Virus record (IMG/VR): IMGVR_UViG_3300008262_000013
Length of the DNA: 64,000 nt
DNA from: a virus
Taxonomy: Duplodnaviria > Caudoviricetes
Strand: one strand, 5' to 3'
Shown here: in pieces, positions 21,455-31,208 of the stretch
How the letters are laid out: every line of letters begins with the position of its first letter
How positions within the stretch are numbered: the first letter of the stretch is position 1
Program-made: the position numbers and the translations under genes
The notes under the pieces: generated by a model
Seen by the model: only the letters and a program-made list of their open reading frames with translations
Told to the model about the DNA's origin: nothing
The model's database searches: none

Positions 21455-22105
21455 ATGAAACTAATACGAGAAACAGTAGAAAATGTAAAGTATATTAACG
21501 AAGCTGCCGAAAACGGTAGCAAAAAACTTTACATTGAAGGTACATTCTTAGTTGGCGAATCTGTCAACAAAAATAATAGAATGTACAAAATGGACACTTT
21601 GCGTAACGAAGTTGAACGATACAATCAAGAATTTATTTCTCAGAATCGTGCGTTAGGTGAACTTGGTCATCCCGATACTCCAACCATTAATCTAGAAAGA
21701 GTTAGTCATAAAATTCTTTCTTTAGTAGAAGATGGGAATACCTTTTATGGTAAAGCTTTGATTCTTGACACACCTTATGGTCAAATCGTTAAGAACTTTA
21801 TAGAAAATGATGTTACTTGTGGAGTTTCTTCAAGAGCTCTAGGATCTTTAGTACAGACTAAAGAAGGCTACAATTTGGTGCAAGATGATTTAAGACTTGC
21901 AACCGCAGCTGATATTGTTGCCGATCCTTCCGCTCCAGGTGCTTTTGTAAATGGTATTATGGAGAATAAAGAGTGGATGTTTGTTGACGGAATCTTCATG
22001 GAGAAACAATTTGACCAAGCCAAAAAACAGATTAAAAACGCATCCAAAAAAGATATCGAACAAGTTGCACTAAAACTATTTGAAAATTATATTAGAAATC
22101 TTTAA
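21455..22105 (+). CDS. gp21: Prohead protease gp21
   Basis: 'NKNNRMY', 'ALGELGHP', 'GVSSRALGSL', 'ADIVADPSAP-x-AFV'. Confidence 0.96.
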   Translation: MKLIRETVENVKYINEAAENGSKKLYIEGTFLVGESVNKNNRMYKMDTLRNEVERYNQEFISQNRALGELGHPDTPTINLERVSHKILSLVEDGNTFYGKALILDTPYGQIVKNFIENDVTCGVSSRALGSLVQTKEGYNLVQDDLRLATAADIVADPSAPGAFVNGIMENKEWMFVDGIFMEKQFDQAKKQIKNASKKDIEQVALKLFENYIRNL

Positions 22106-22108
22106 ATT

Positions 22109-22116
22109 TATAAATA
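22109..22116 (+). promoter_or_regulatory. Canonical T4 late promoter TATAAATA
   Basis: Exact consensus upstream of gp22-gp23. Confidence 0.85.
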
Positions 22117-22138
22117 AAGAATCATAAGGAGAATCCAA

Positions 22139-23227
22139 ATGGCATCAAACAAACTCATGGAAGCGGCCGCTGAAATTCTTGCAAATAGCAAGAAATCTGC
22201 ATCAGCCATGCCTCCACAAAAATTAGGTGGTGAAGTACAAGACCTTGGTGGTCCTACTCCCCAGAACGCTAAACCAGACGATGATTCACACAAGATTCAT
22301 GCTTCTGCTAAAGCGCCTGACAATTCTGCAAAGAATAAGAGTACGATTACAACTAAGCCTTCAGACGCTTCACCTGATACCCAAAACAAAGCTGGTAAAA
22401 CCATGAAAGAAGAAGAAGAAGTTGCTGATGATGAAGTTATTGCCGAAGAAGAAACTTTGGACGAAACTTCACACAAAGAAGAAATGAAAAAGAAAATGAA
22501 AGAGGATATCGATGCGTTATTCTCTGACGATTCTACCATTTCTGAAGAATTCAAAACCAAAGCAGCTACTATTTTTGAAGCTCGTGTTCTTGACAGAGTT
22601 ACTCAAATCGAAGAAGAAATGGAAGTCGCATATGCTGGTATGTTAGAAGAAGCTATTGATTCTATCAAAGCTGATTTAACTGAAAAGGTTGATGACTACC
22701 TAAACTACGTTGTAGAACAGTGGATGGAAGAAAATCAAATTGCTATCCAATCTGGTCTACGTTCAGAAATTACCGAAGAATTCATTGTTGGTTTACGCAA
22801 TCTATTTGCTGAGCACTACATTGACGTACCTGAAGATAAAGTTGATCTAGTCGATGAACTTGCAGGTAAAGTTGAAGAGCTAGAAGATCAGTTAGATGAA
22901 GAAATCAAAACTAACATTGAATATAGAAAAGCAATTCTTGAATCTGTAAAAAGAGAAACAGTTTATGAAGTTTGCAAGGGACTTACCGAAACTCAAGTTG
23001 AAAAAATGAAATCACTCGCAGAGAGTATAGATTTTTCCACAGAGGAAGAACTAGTAGAAAAACTTGAGACAATTCGTGAGAACTATTTCCCATCAAACAT
23101 TAAGAAAGCTGATGAGACTCAATTACACGAGCAAGTGTCTGACGAAGCAGATGATAAGAAAGCAAAAGTATCTTTTGATCCAATTATCAATGCTGTCGTT
23201 CAATCGATTTCAAAAACAAAAATTTAA
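22139..23227 (+). CDS. gp22: Prohead scaffold protein gp22
   Basis: Acidic coiled coil with 'FKTKAATIFEA', 'KVDDYLNYVVEQW', 'LETIRENYF'. Confidence 0.93.
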   Translation: MASNKLMEAAAEILANSKKSASAMPPQKLGGEVQDLGGPTPQNAKPDDDSHKIHASAKAPDNSAKNKSTITTKPSDASPDTQNKAGKTMKEEEEVADDEVIAEEETLDETSHKEEMKKKMKEDIDALFSDDSTISEEFKTKAATIFEARVLDRVTQIEEEMEVAYAGMLEEAIDSIKADLTEKVDDYLNYVVEQWMEENQIAIQSGLRSEITEEFIVGLRNLFAEHYIDVPEDKVDLVDELAGKVEELEDQLDEEIKTNIEYRKAILESVKRETVYEVCKGLTETQVEKMKSLAESIDFSTEEELVEKLETIRENYFPSNIKKADETQLHEQVSDEADDKKAKVSFDPIINAVVQSISKTKI

Positions 23228-23245
23228 TAAACTAAGGAGTTAAAA

Positions 23246-24586
23246 ATGTATTTAACTGAAGAACTACAAAAGAAATGGGAAGCAGTGTTAGAGCACCCAG
23301 CTCTTCCTGCAATTAAAGACCCATATCGTAAGGCAGTTACCGCTCTTGTTCTTGAAAACCAAGCACAAGAAATGGTAAAATCTGGCGGCAGCGTACAGCA
23401 ACTTACAGAAGCAACACCAACCAACGCAGCTGGTACAGGTGGTTTTGGTGGCGCTGCTACTGCAACTGGTCCTGTTGCTGGTTTCGATCCAATCCTAATC
23501 AGTTTGGTTCGTCGTTCATTACCTAATCTTATCGCTTATGATATCTGCGGCGTTCAGCCAATGACTGGTCCTACAGGACTTATCTTCGCAATGAGAACTA
23601 TGTATGGTACTAATCGTGTTCCTGGTTCTGGTACTGAAGCGTTCTACAATGAAGCCGATACCGATTTTGCTGGTACAGGCGCTCACACTGCTTTATCACT
23701 TGCTGCTGATACATCACTTGGTAACGGTAACGTATTTGCATCAACAGTAACAACTGGTTCTGCTCTCGCAACCGCATCTGCTGAAGATTTATCTTTCGCA
23801 GAAATGGGTTTCTCAATTGAGAAAGTATCCGTAACTGCTAAGACCCGTGCTCTAAAAGCAGAGTACACAATGGAATTAGCACAAGACTTGAAAGCAGTTC
23901 ATGGTCTTGACGCTGAAACCGAATTAGCAAATATTCTTTCAACAGAAATTCTTGCTGAAATTAACCGTGAAGTTGTTCGTACAGTTTATTCGTCAGCTAA
24001 AGTTGGCGCACAAGTTGGTACAACAACTGCTGGTACTTTCGACCTAGACACCGATTCAAACGGTCGTTGGATGGTTGAAAAGATCAAAGGTCTTGCTTTC
24101 CAAGTTGAGCGTGAAGCTAACACTATTGCAAAGACTACTCGTCGTGGTAAAGGTAACATCATGATCTGTTCTTCAGATGTTGCTTCTGCTCTTGCAATGG
24201 CAGGTATTCTCGATTATAACTCAGCATTACAGGGTCAAGTTAACCTAACAGTTGATGATACTGGTAATACATTTGCTGGTACAATCTTCGGTCGTATCAA
24301 AGTTTACATCGATCCATACTTCCCAGCATCAGCATCTTCAGAATTTGCTGTAGTTGGTTACAAGGGTGCAAACGCTTATGACGCAGGTCTATTCTACTGC
24401 CCATACGTTCCTCTACAAATGGTTCGTGCAGTTGATACTGGTAACTTCCAGCCAAAGATTGGCTTCAAGACACGTTATGGTCTAGTTGCTAACCCATTTG
24501 CTGAAGGTACTACACAAGGTTCTGGCGTAATTACTGCCAAAACTAACTTGTACTATCGTGCATTTAAGATTGCTAACTTAATGTAA
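23246..24586 (+). CDS. gp23: Major capsid protein gp23
   Basis: 'GVQPMTGPTGLIFAMR', 'RALKAEYTMELAQDLKAVHGLDAE', 'FQPKIGFKTRYG'. Confidence 0.98.
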   Translation: MYLTEELQKKWEAVLEHPALPAIKDPYRKAVTALVLENQAQEMVKSGGSVQQLTEATPTNAAGTGGFGGAATATGPVAGFDPILISLVRRSLPNLIAYDICGVQPMTGPTGLIFAMRTMYGTNRVPGSGTEAFYNEADTDFAGTGAHTALSLAADTSLGNGNVFASTVTTGSALATASAEDLSFAEMGFSIEKVSVTAKTRALKAEYTMELAQDLKAVHGLDAETELANILSTEILAEINREVVRTVYSSAKVGAQVGTTTAGTFDLDTDSNGRWMVEKIKGLAFQVEREANTIAKTTRRGKGNIMICSSDVASALAMAGILDYNSALQGQVNLTVDDTGNTFAGTIFGRIKVYIDPYFPASASSEFAVVGYKGANAYDAGLFYCPYVPLQMVRAVDTGNFQPKIGFKTRYGLVANPFAEGTTQGSGVITAKTNLYYRAFKIANLM

Positions 24587-24631
24587 TCTTAAAAACAAAA
24601 CACAAAACATAATAATAATTATAATGTGTTT

Positions 24632-24663
24632 AAAGAGAGACTGTAAAAAGTCTCTCTTTTTTT
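24632..24663 (+). terminator. Intrinsic terminator after gp23
   Basis: AAAGAGAGACT-GTAAAA-AGTCTCTCTTT followed by a T run. Confidence 0.85.
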
Positions 24664-24669
24664 ATGGCG

Positions 24670-24677
24670 CATAAATA
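24670..24677 (+). promoter_or_regulatory. T4-type late promoter (CATAAATA)
   Basis: Immediately after the terminator and before the next ORFs. Confidence 0.6.
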
Positions 24678-24682
24678 AGAAT

Positions 24683-24928
24683 ATGAAAACTTTTATTCAA
24701 TACACTTTAGAAGAAGGCCAACATTGGAGAGATATTCCTGTTGGTAAACATCATGTGAAAAACAAAATGAATATTACTTTTCATGATGATAGAATGGAAA
24801 TTCATCATGGACCTGAACTGAAGTACAGTAAAAAAGGTGATTACAGTAAACCAACAAATTTACATCTACAAACTGCCGCGTCTATAATAACAAAATTACA
24901 TAAAAGCGGTAAAAATTGGGAAGATTGA
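24683..24928 (+). CDS. Small hypothetical protein, possible internal head protein
   Basis: N-terminus 'MKTFIQYTLEE' resembles T4 capsid-targeting sequences. Confidence 0.5.
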   Translation: MKTFIQYTLEEGQHWRDIPVGKHHVKNKMNITFHDDRMEIHHGPELKYSKKGDYSKPTNLHLQTAASIITKLHKSGKNWED

Positions 24929-24938
24929 AAAATAATCT

Positions 24939-25469
24939 ATGACTGCTATCACAAGAAACCCATCAAATCCAAATTTTTTACAACCTAATAAGTTTATATT
25001 AACTTTTAGTAGGTTACCCAACATTCAGTATTTTTGCCAAACGGTTACTGTGCCTGGTATTTCAATGTCAGAGATACCACAATTCACACCTTTCGTAGAT
25101 GCATATTTGCCTGGCGAGAAAGCCATATACGATTTATTGAATGTTACGTTTATGGTAGATGAGAACTTGACATCTTGGAAAGAAGTGCATGATTGGATAC
25201 GTGCAATGACTTTCCCAGAAAACTTTGATGAATATAAAAATTTGGCAAATTTAAATCCTAACAGATCACAAAGATTAAAACCACAATATTCGGATGCCAA
25301 GATAGTTTTACTATCTTCTTCTAATAGGCCTGTAGTTGAGTTTGTTTTTTATGATGTTTTTCCTACCTCATTGAGTACTATTATACTCTCATCACAAGAA
25401 ACTCCAGATAGTCCAGTCACTTCAGATGCAACATTTAGGTACACTTATTATGATATAAAATATGTTTGA
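24939..25469 (+). CDS. gp3: Tail completion/tube terminator gp3
   Basis: 'NFLQPNKF', 'YFCQTVTVPGI', 'FMVDENL-x-x-W-x-EVHDWI'. Confidence 0.85.
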   Translation: MTAITRNPSNPNFLQPNKFILTFSRLPNIQYFCQTVTVPGISMSEIPQFTPFVDAYLPGEKAIYDLLNVTFMVDENLTSWKEVHDWIRAMTFPENFDEYKNLANLNPNRSQRLKPQYSDAKIVLLSSSNRPVVEFVFYDVFPTSLSTIILSSQETPDSPVTSDATFRYTYYDIKYV

Positions 25470-25494
25470 CATTTACTAATACATGTAGTATAAT
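25466..25494 (+). promoter_or_regulatory. sigma70-type promoter
   Basis: TTGACA-17-TATAAT upstream of uvsY. Confidence 0.8.
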
Positions 25495-25511
25495 GTCATT
25501 AGGAGGATATT

Positions 25512-25946
25512 ATGAAACAATTGGAAGAATTATTGGAATTATGGCGACAAGATTGTGATATTGATCGTACCGAACCTGATAGAGAACTTTTAAATATACC
25601 CAAACTTCATAGTAAGTATTTAAACATACTTTCTAGGCATCGTTTACTTTCCAAAGAGTCTGAGTTTAAATATAACAAAATGAAGAAAGTAAAGTGGGAA
25701 TATTATACAGGCAAATTAGATGACGATGATCTTAAAGAAAGAGGATGGGAACCTTTTCCTTTCGTGTTGAAATCCGAGATCAATACATATTTGGATAGTG
25801 ATGAAGATTTAAACAAATATTTAGCAAATAAAATAATGCATGATGAAATTGTTGACCTATGTACTGCAATCTTAAAAGAGTTGAATAGTAGAACCTTTCA
25901 ACTTAGAGATTACATAAGTTGGCAAAAATTTATACAGGGTATATAA
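25512..25946 (+). CDS. uvsY: Recombination mediator UvsY
   Basis: 'LLNIPKLHSKYL', 'KWEYYTGK', 'NSRTFQLRDYISWQKF'; lies before uvsW. Confidence 0.85.
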   Translation: MKQLEELLELWRQDCDIDRTEPDRELLNIPKLHSKYLNILSRHRLLSKESEFKYNKMKKVKWEYYTGKLDDDDLKERGWEPFPFVLKSEINTYLDSDEDLNKYLANKIMHDEIVDLCTAILKELNSRTFQLRDYISWQKFIQGI

Positions 25947-27410
25947 TTGACTGATACTATTATTCTTCGTAAAAAGAACGAATCTTTTATACATTTTGAA
26001 TGTGAAAAAAGTGTAGCACAGGAACTTTCAGAGTACTTTACTTTTTATGTTCCTGGTTACCAATTTACTCCAGCATACAAAAATAAAATTTGGGATGGTA
26101 AAATTCGATTGGCTGACCTTCGAACGTTTACTATGTACCATGGTCTTGTTCCTTATATCGACAAGTTTTGTAAAGAACGTGAGTATAATCTAGAAATAGA
26201 TTCTGATGTGGTAAACACGGAGAATTTTTCTCTTGTTGAAGCAGTAGACTTTGTAAAGACATTAAATCTTCCTTTTGAGATTCGTGATTATCAATTACAA
26301 GCATTTGTACATGCAATTCGTAATAAAAGAATTTTATTATTGTCACCAACAGCATCAGGTAAATCTTTAATACTTTATTGTATAGTAACTTACTTACAGT
26401 ATTCAGACTTTAAAAAAGGTTTGTTAATTGTTCCAACAACATCACTTGTAGAACAAATGTATAAAGACTTTCAGGATTATGGATACGATTCTGATTCTTT
26501 TTGTCATCGTCAATATTCTGGTAAAGAAAAACACACAGATAAATTTTTGACTATCACCACTTGGCAGTCTATTTACAAAAATGAACCTGAGTACTTCGAA
26601 CAATTTGATTTTGTATTAGGTGATGAGGCTCATCAATTTAAAGCCAAATCGTTAGCAACGATTTTGTCAGGTTGTGTAAATGCCAAATATAGAATTGGTA
26701 CAACAGGTACATTAGACGGTACACAAACACACAGATTGGTATTAGAAGGACTTTTTGGTCCTGTTTATAAAGCAACATCTACGTCGGAATTAATTGCATC
26801 TAAACAACTTGCAGATTTTAAAATTAAATGCCTCATTCTCAAATATGCGGATAATGTATGTCAGGCAGCAAGAAAGTGGGATTATAATTCCGAACTAGAA
26901 TACATAGTATTAAATGAAGCTAGAAATAAATTCATAAAAAATTTAGTGTTATCTTTAGAAGGTAACACTCTTGTACTTTTTCAATTTGTAGAAAAACATG
27001 GTAAAGAATTATATAAAATTATTAAAGAGTCTACTAAAGATAGACATGTATTTTTTGTTTTTGGTGGAACAGATGTCGAAATACGGGAATCAGTTCGTGA
27101 GATTACTGAGAAGCAAAGAGATGCAATCATTGTTGCTAGTTACGGGACTTTCTCTACTGGCGTTAATATCCGCAACTTACATAATATTGTTTTCGCCTCA
27201 CCTTCTAAATCAAGAGTTCGGAATTTACAATCGATAGGACGAGGACTAAGAAAGGGTGATAACAAAGAACAAGCTGTGTTGTTTGATATTGTCGATGATA
27301 TGAGAATAGGCAAATTTACCAATTTCACCTTGAATCATTTCATAGAACGTGTTAAAATATACGATGAAGAAAAATTCAACTACAAGTTTTACAACATAGA
27401 GCTCAAATGA
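25947..27410 (+). CDS. uvsW: SF2 DNA helicase UvsW
   Basis: 'SPTASGKS', 'DEAH', 'GTTGT', 'LQSIGRGLR'. Confidence 0.96.
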   Translation: MTDTIILRKKNESFIHFECEKSVAQELSEYFTFYVPGYQFTPAYKNKIWDGKIRLADLRTFTMYHGLVPYIDKFCKEREYNLEIDSDVVNTENFSLVEAVDFVKTLNLPFEIRDYQLQAFVHAIRNKRILLLSPTASGKSLILYCIVTYLQYSDFKKGLLIVPTTSLVEQMYKDFQDYGYDSDSFCHRQYSGKEKHTDKFLTITTWQSIYKNEPEYFEQFDFVLGDEAHQFKAKSLATILSGCVNAKYRIGTTGTLDGTQTHRLVLEGLFGPVYKATSTSELIASKQLADFKIKCLILKYADNVCQAARKWDYNSELEYIVLNEARNKFIKNLVLSLEGNTLVLFQFVEKHGKELYKIIKESTKDRHVFFVFGGTDVEIRESVREITEKQRDAIIVASYGTFSTGVNIRNLHNIVFASPSKSRVRNLQSIGRGLRKGDNKEQAVLFDIVDDMRIGKFTNFTLNHFIERVKIYDEEKFNYKFYNIELK

Positions 27411-27823
27411 ATAATCAACCAATAATAAAGATAGTACGACTTCAAACTGGTGAAGATATTATTTCCAAGATAACTGAAGATGATGATAGTGATATGGTAT
27501 TATTAAACAACCCAATGAGAATGATAGTAAAGAGGGTTGAAACAGGACAATCTGTTTTTATGATGATGCCTTGGTTGCCAATAGAAGTAATTAAGGAAGA
27601 TTCTGCAATCATATACAATTCAGATATTGTTACTATGATAGAACCAAAAGACTCTCTTGTTGAATATTATCAGAGTATGGTAAATGAATCAATTCTTTCT
27701 TTGTTACATAGTGAGGAAATGTCTTTTGAGGAAGAAGAAACTGAAGAAGATGAAGAATACGAATTAACTGAAGAAGAACTTAAAGAGATAGAAGAATACA
27801 GAAGGAACAAAAGACTTCATTAA
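27407..27823 (+). CDS. Conserved hypothetical protein (Sm-like N-terminus, acidic tail)
   Basis: 'IKIVRLQTGEDII' beta-rich start; typical position between uvsW and gp55. Confidence 0.55.
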   Translation: MNNQPIIKIVRLQTGEDIISKITEDDDSDMVLLNNPMRMIVKRVETGQSVFMMMPWLPIEVIKEDSAIIYNSDIVTMIEPKDSLVEYYQSMVNESILSLLHSEEMSFEEEETEEDEEYELTEEELKEIEEYRRNKRLH

Positions 27824-27891
27824 TCTTCATACGGAACACCGCTAGTTTAACACTTGTCAAGCACTTTGTCAACACATTTATAGGTAATAAT

Positions 27892-28422
27892 ATGGCTAAA
27901 TCGAATCACTACATTAATAACGCAGACTTTCTTGCAGCACTGGTACAATACCATAAAGATTGTGCAGATGCTAAAGAGAATAAGACAGAAGAACCTTCTA
28001 TACCAAATTACATTGGAGAATGTTTTCTTAAAATTGCAGAACACCTTTCCAGAAAGCCTAATTTTATTTCTTATACTTTCCGTGATGAAATGATTGCTGA
28101 TGGTATTGAAAACTGCCTAATGTATTTCCGCAACTTTGATCCGGCAAAGAGTAATAATCCATTTGCTTATTTTACTCAAATCATATATTATGCATTTCTC
28201 CGTAGAATTATGAAAGAGAAGAAACAATTATATGTGAAGTATAAGGCAACTCAACAGTTTGGATTGCTCGATGAAGGTGAAATGTATGAGGATGAAAACG
28301 GTAACATGAAACAGTTTGAACTCTATGACAATATTTCCGAATTCATACACAACTTTGAAGAAAATAAAAGAAAGAAAAAAGAAAGTAAGACTAAAGGTAT
28401 AGACAACTTTGTAGAAGAATAA
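27892..28422 (+). CDS. gp55: Late-transcription sigma factor gp55
   Basis: 'HYINNADF', 'YIGECFLKIA', 'DEMIADGIENC', 'NPFAYFTQI'. Confidence 0.96.
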   Translation: MAKSNHYINNADFLAALVQYHKDCADAKENKTEEPSIPNYIGECFLKIAEHLSRKPNFISYTFRDEMIADGIENCLMYFRNFDPAKSNNPFAYFTQIIYYAFLRRIMKEKKQLYVKYKATQQFGLLDEGEMYEDENGNMKQFELYDNISEFIHNFEENKRKKKESKTKGIDNFVEE

Positions 28423-28425
28423 TTT

Positions 28426-29496
28426 ATGAAATTATGTATATTGGGTGATACACATTTTGGAGCAAGAGGAGATTCGTTGGATTTCCATAACTATTTCAAG
28501 AAATTTTATGATGATGTATTTTTTCCTTACCTTGTAGAAAATAAAATTAATGTAGTTGTTCAAATGGGTGATCTATTTGATAGGCGAAAGTTTATTAATT
28601 TTAATTCCCTATATCTTTCCAGAAAATACTTTTTCGATAAACTCAAAGAGAACAACATCAACCTGTATACATTAATTGGTAATCATGATGTTGCATTTAA
28701 AAATACACTTGAGGTAAACTCACCATCACTGTTATTAAATGAATATGATAATGTTTTCCTTATAGAAGATTTTCATACAGAAAACTTTGAAGGTGTTTCG
28801 GTTGATATCGTTCCTTGGATTTGTTCCGATAATGAAGAAGAAATATTCCAAAAGATAAAGAATAGTAAATCACAAATTTGTTTTGGGCATTTTGAGATAG
28901 ATGGTTTTGAAATGGATCGTGGCAATGTTCATCAAGGTGGGCTTGACAGAAAGACATTATCAAAGTATGATATAGTGTTGAGTGGACACTTTCACCATAA
29001 ATCTTCTTCGGATAATATTACATATGTCGGTACTCCTTATGAAATGACCTGGTCAGATTATAATGATCCCAAAGGATTTCATATCTTTGATACCGAAACG
29101 AGAGAGATGAAATTTGTGAAGAATAATTTTTCTATCTTTCATAAAATAATGTATGATGATACGAATCATGATTTTGAATATTGGAAAGAATATGACTTTT
29201 CTAAGTATAAAGAAACATATGTAAAGTTGGTGGTGTTGAATAAACAAAATCCTTTCTTATTTGAACATGTGTTAGACAATCTATATAAGATTGGTGTAAG
29301 TGATTTATCAATCGTAGAAGATTTCAGTGATACCGTTATAGGTGACGATCAAGATATTATTGATCAGGCTGAAGATACACTTACGATTCTATCCAAATAT
29401 ATCGACAATCTAGAACTAGATGTTGAGAGTGATAAATTAAAAATTGTTATGCGTGAACTTTATGTTGAAGCATTAAATACTGAGGTATCTGATTAG
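28426..29496 (+). CDS. gp47: Recombination endonuclease subunit gp47 (Mre11/SbcD-like)
   Basis: 'GDTHFG', 'GDLFD', 'GNHD', 'GHFE', 'SGHFH' metallophosphoesterase motifs. Confidence 0.96.
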   Translation: MKLCILGDTHFGARGDSLDFHNYFKKFYDDVFFPYLVENKINVVVQMGDLFDRRKFINFNSLYLSRKYFFDKLKENNINLYTLIGNHDVAFKNTLEVNSPSLLLNEYDNVFLIEDFHTENFEGVSVDIVPWICSDNEEEIFQKIKNSKSQICFGHFEIDGFEMDRGNVHQGGLDRKTLSKYDIVLSGHFHHKSSSDNITYVGTPYEMTWSDYNDPKGFHIFDTETREMKFVKNNFSIFHKIMYDDTNHDFEYWKEYDFSKYKETYVKLVVLNKQNPFLFEHVLDNLYKIGVSDLSIVEDFSDTVIGDDQDIIDQAEDTLTILSKYIDNLELDVESDKLKIVMRELYVEALNTEVSD

Positions 29497-31208
29497 TGAT
29501 AATTTTTCGTAATATTAGATGGAAAAATTTATTAAGCACTGGTAATAGTTTTACTGAAGTCAAATTAGATAATATCAGTAATACTTTAATTGTTGGTGAA
29601 AATGGTTCAGGTAAGTCAACCTTACTTGATGCTCTTTGCTTTGCACTCTTTGGTAAAGCATTTAGAAATATCAATAAACCCAATCTAGTAAACTCTATTA
29701 ATGGTAAAGAAACCGTAGTAGAAGTAGAGTTTAGTACTAACAATAAAACGTATAAAATTATACGTGGTATTAAACCAAACATCTTTGAAATCTATTGTAA
29801 TAATGAATTAATAAATCAAGAAGCTGCATCAAGAGATTACCAAGATTACTTGGAAAGATTTGTTCTGAAAATGAACTATAAGTCTTTCACTCAGATTGTT
29901 ATTTTGGGATCTGCATCATTTACACCATTCATGCAATTATCTTCTTCTGATCGTAGAACAATCATTGAAGATTTGTTGGATATTCAAATCTTTAGCACAA
30001 TGAATGGTATAGTTAAACAAAGAATTTCAACAAACAAAGAAAATATCACCGTTAAAAAGAGTGATATAGAGTTGCAGACACAAGAATACAAACTAAAGAA
30101 AGAACATTTAGATAAATTAAATCAAGATGTTGAGTCTAAGGTAAAAGAATATGAAACTGAAATACAAGTCAATAATGATACCCTTGAATCATTACACACA
30201 GAAATTCAAACATTTGCAAATACAATTTCAGAATTGCAAACAACCGTTGAACAAAAGATTGATGTCGAAAGTAAAGTTAAGAAAATCACTAAACTTGAGT
30301 CGCAAATTGAAAACAACATATCCAAATTCAACAAAGATATTGATTTTTTCCGACATCATGATGATTGTCCAACGTGCAGACAAGCCATTGCCTTGGAGAT
30401 TAAAGAAAGAGAAATTGAATCACTTACTGGAAAAGTCGAACAATCTCAGCAAGGTCTTACTGAACTTGAAACTAGACTCAATGATGAACAGACAAAATTA
30501 AATGATATACTAGAGAAACAAAAAGAGATACAGAAACTTCAAGTTGAAGTTGCAACAAAAAATGCATCGATTACAGGTATAAACAAATACCTACAGAAAT
30601 TAAACACACTTATCAATGAACTTAAAACTTCAAAGGTAAACACACACAAAGATGAATTGTCACTTAAGGCATTGAAAGACTCTTTAAGTATTTTGGAAAA
30701 AGAACTAAAAGAATTGATTGATGAAAAGACTTATTGTGAGGCTGCATCCAATTTATTAAAAGATACTGGCATCAAAACTAAAATTATAAAACAGTATTTA
30801 CCTATTATCAATAAATTGGTAAATAAGTATTTGTCATCATTAGATTTTTTTGTAAATTTTAATCTTGACGAATCGTTTAAAGAAACGATTAAGTCCCGCC
30901 ATCGTGACGATTTTTCATATCATAACTTCTCTGAAGGTGAAAAACAGAGAATTGATATGGCATTGATGTTAACCTGGCGTGCTGTGGCTAAACTCAAGAA
31001 TTCTTCGAATACCAATCTATTGATACTTGATGAAACTTTTGATTCAAGTCTAGATTCGAATGGTACAGAAGAATTGATGAAACTTCTACAGCTGTTAGAA
31101 GATGTAAACCTGTTTGTTATCTCCCACAAAGGAGATATATTGCAGGATAAATTTATGAACGTAATTAAATTTACAAAAGAAAAGAATTTTTCAAGGATAG
31201 TCAAATGA
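29496..31208 (+). CDS. gp46: Recombination ATPase subunit gp46 (Rad50/SbcC-like)
   Basis: 'GENGSGKST', zinc hook 'CPTC', 'FSEGEK', 'LILDE'. Confidence 0.96.
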   Translation: MIIFRNIRWKNLLSTGNSFTEVKLDNISNTLIVGENGSGKSTLLDALCFALFGKAFRNINKPNLVNSINGKETVVEVEFSTNNKTYKIIRGIKPNIFEIYCNNELINQEAASRDYQDYLERFVLKMNYKSFTQIVILGSASFTPFMQLSSSDRRTIIEDLLDIQIFSTMNGIVKQRISTNKENITVKKSDIELQTQEYKLKKEHLDKLNQDVESKVKEYETEIQVNNDTLESLHTEIQTFANTISELQTTVEQKIDVESKVKKITKLESQIENNISKFNKDIDFFRHHDDCPTCRQAIALEIKEREIESLTGKVEQSQQGLTELETRLNDEQTKLNDILEKQKEIQKLQVEVATKNASITGINKYLQKLNTLINELKTSKVNTHKDELSLKALKDSLSILEKELKELIDEKTYCEAASNLLKDTGIKTKIIKQYLPIINKLVNKYLSSLDFFVNFNLDESFKETIKSRHRDDFSYHNFSEGEKQRIDMALMLTWRAVAKLKNSSNTNLLILDETFDSSLDSNGTEELMKLLQLLEDVNLFVISHKGDILQDKFMNVIKFTKEKNFSRIVK

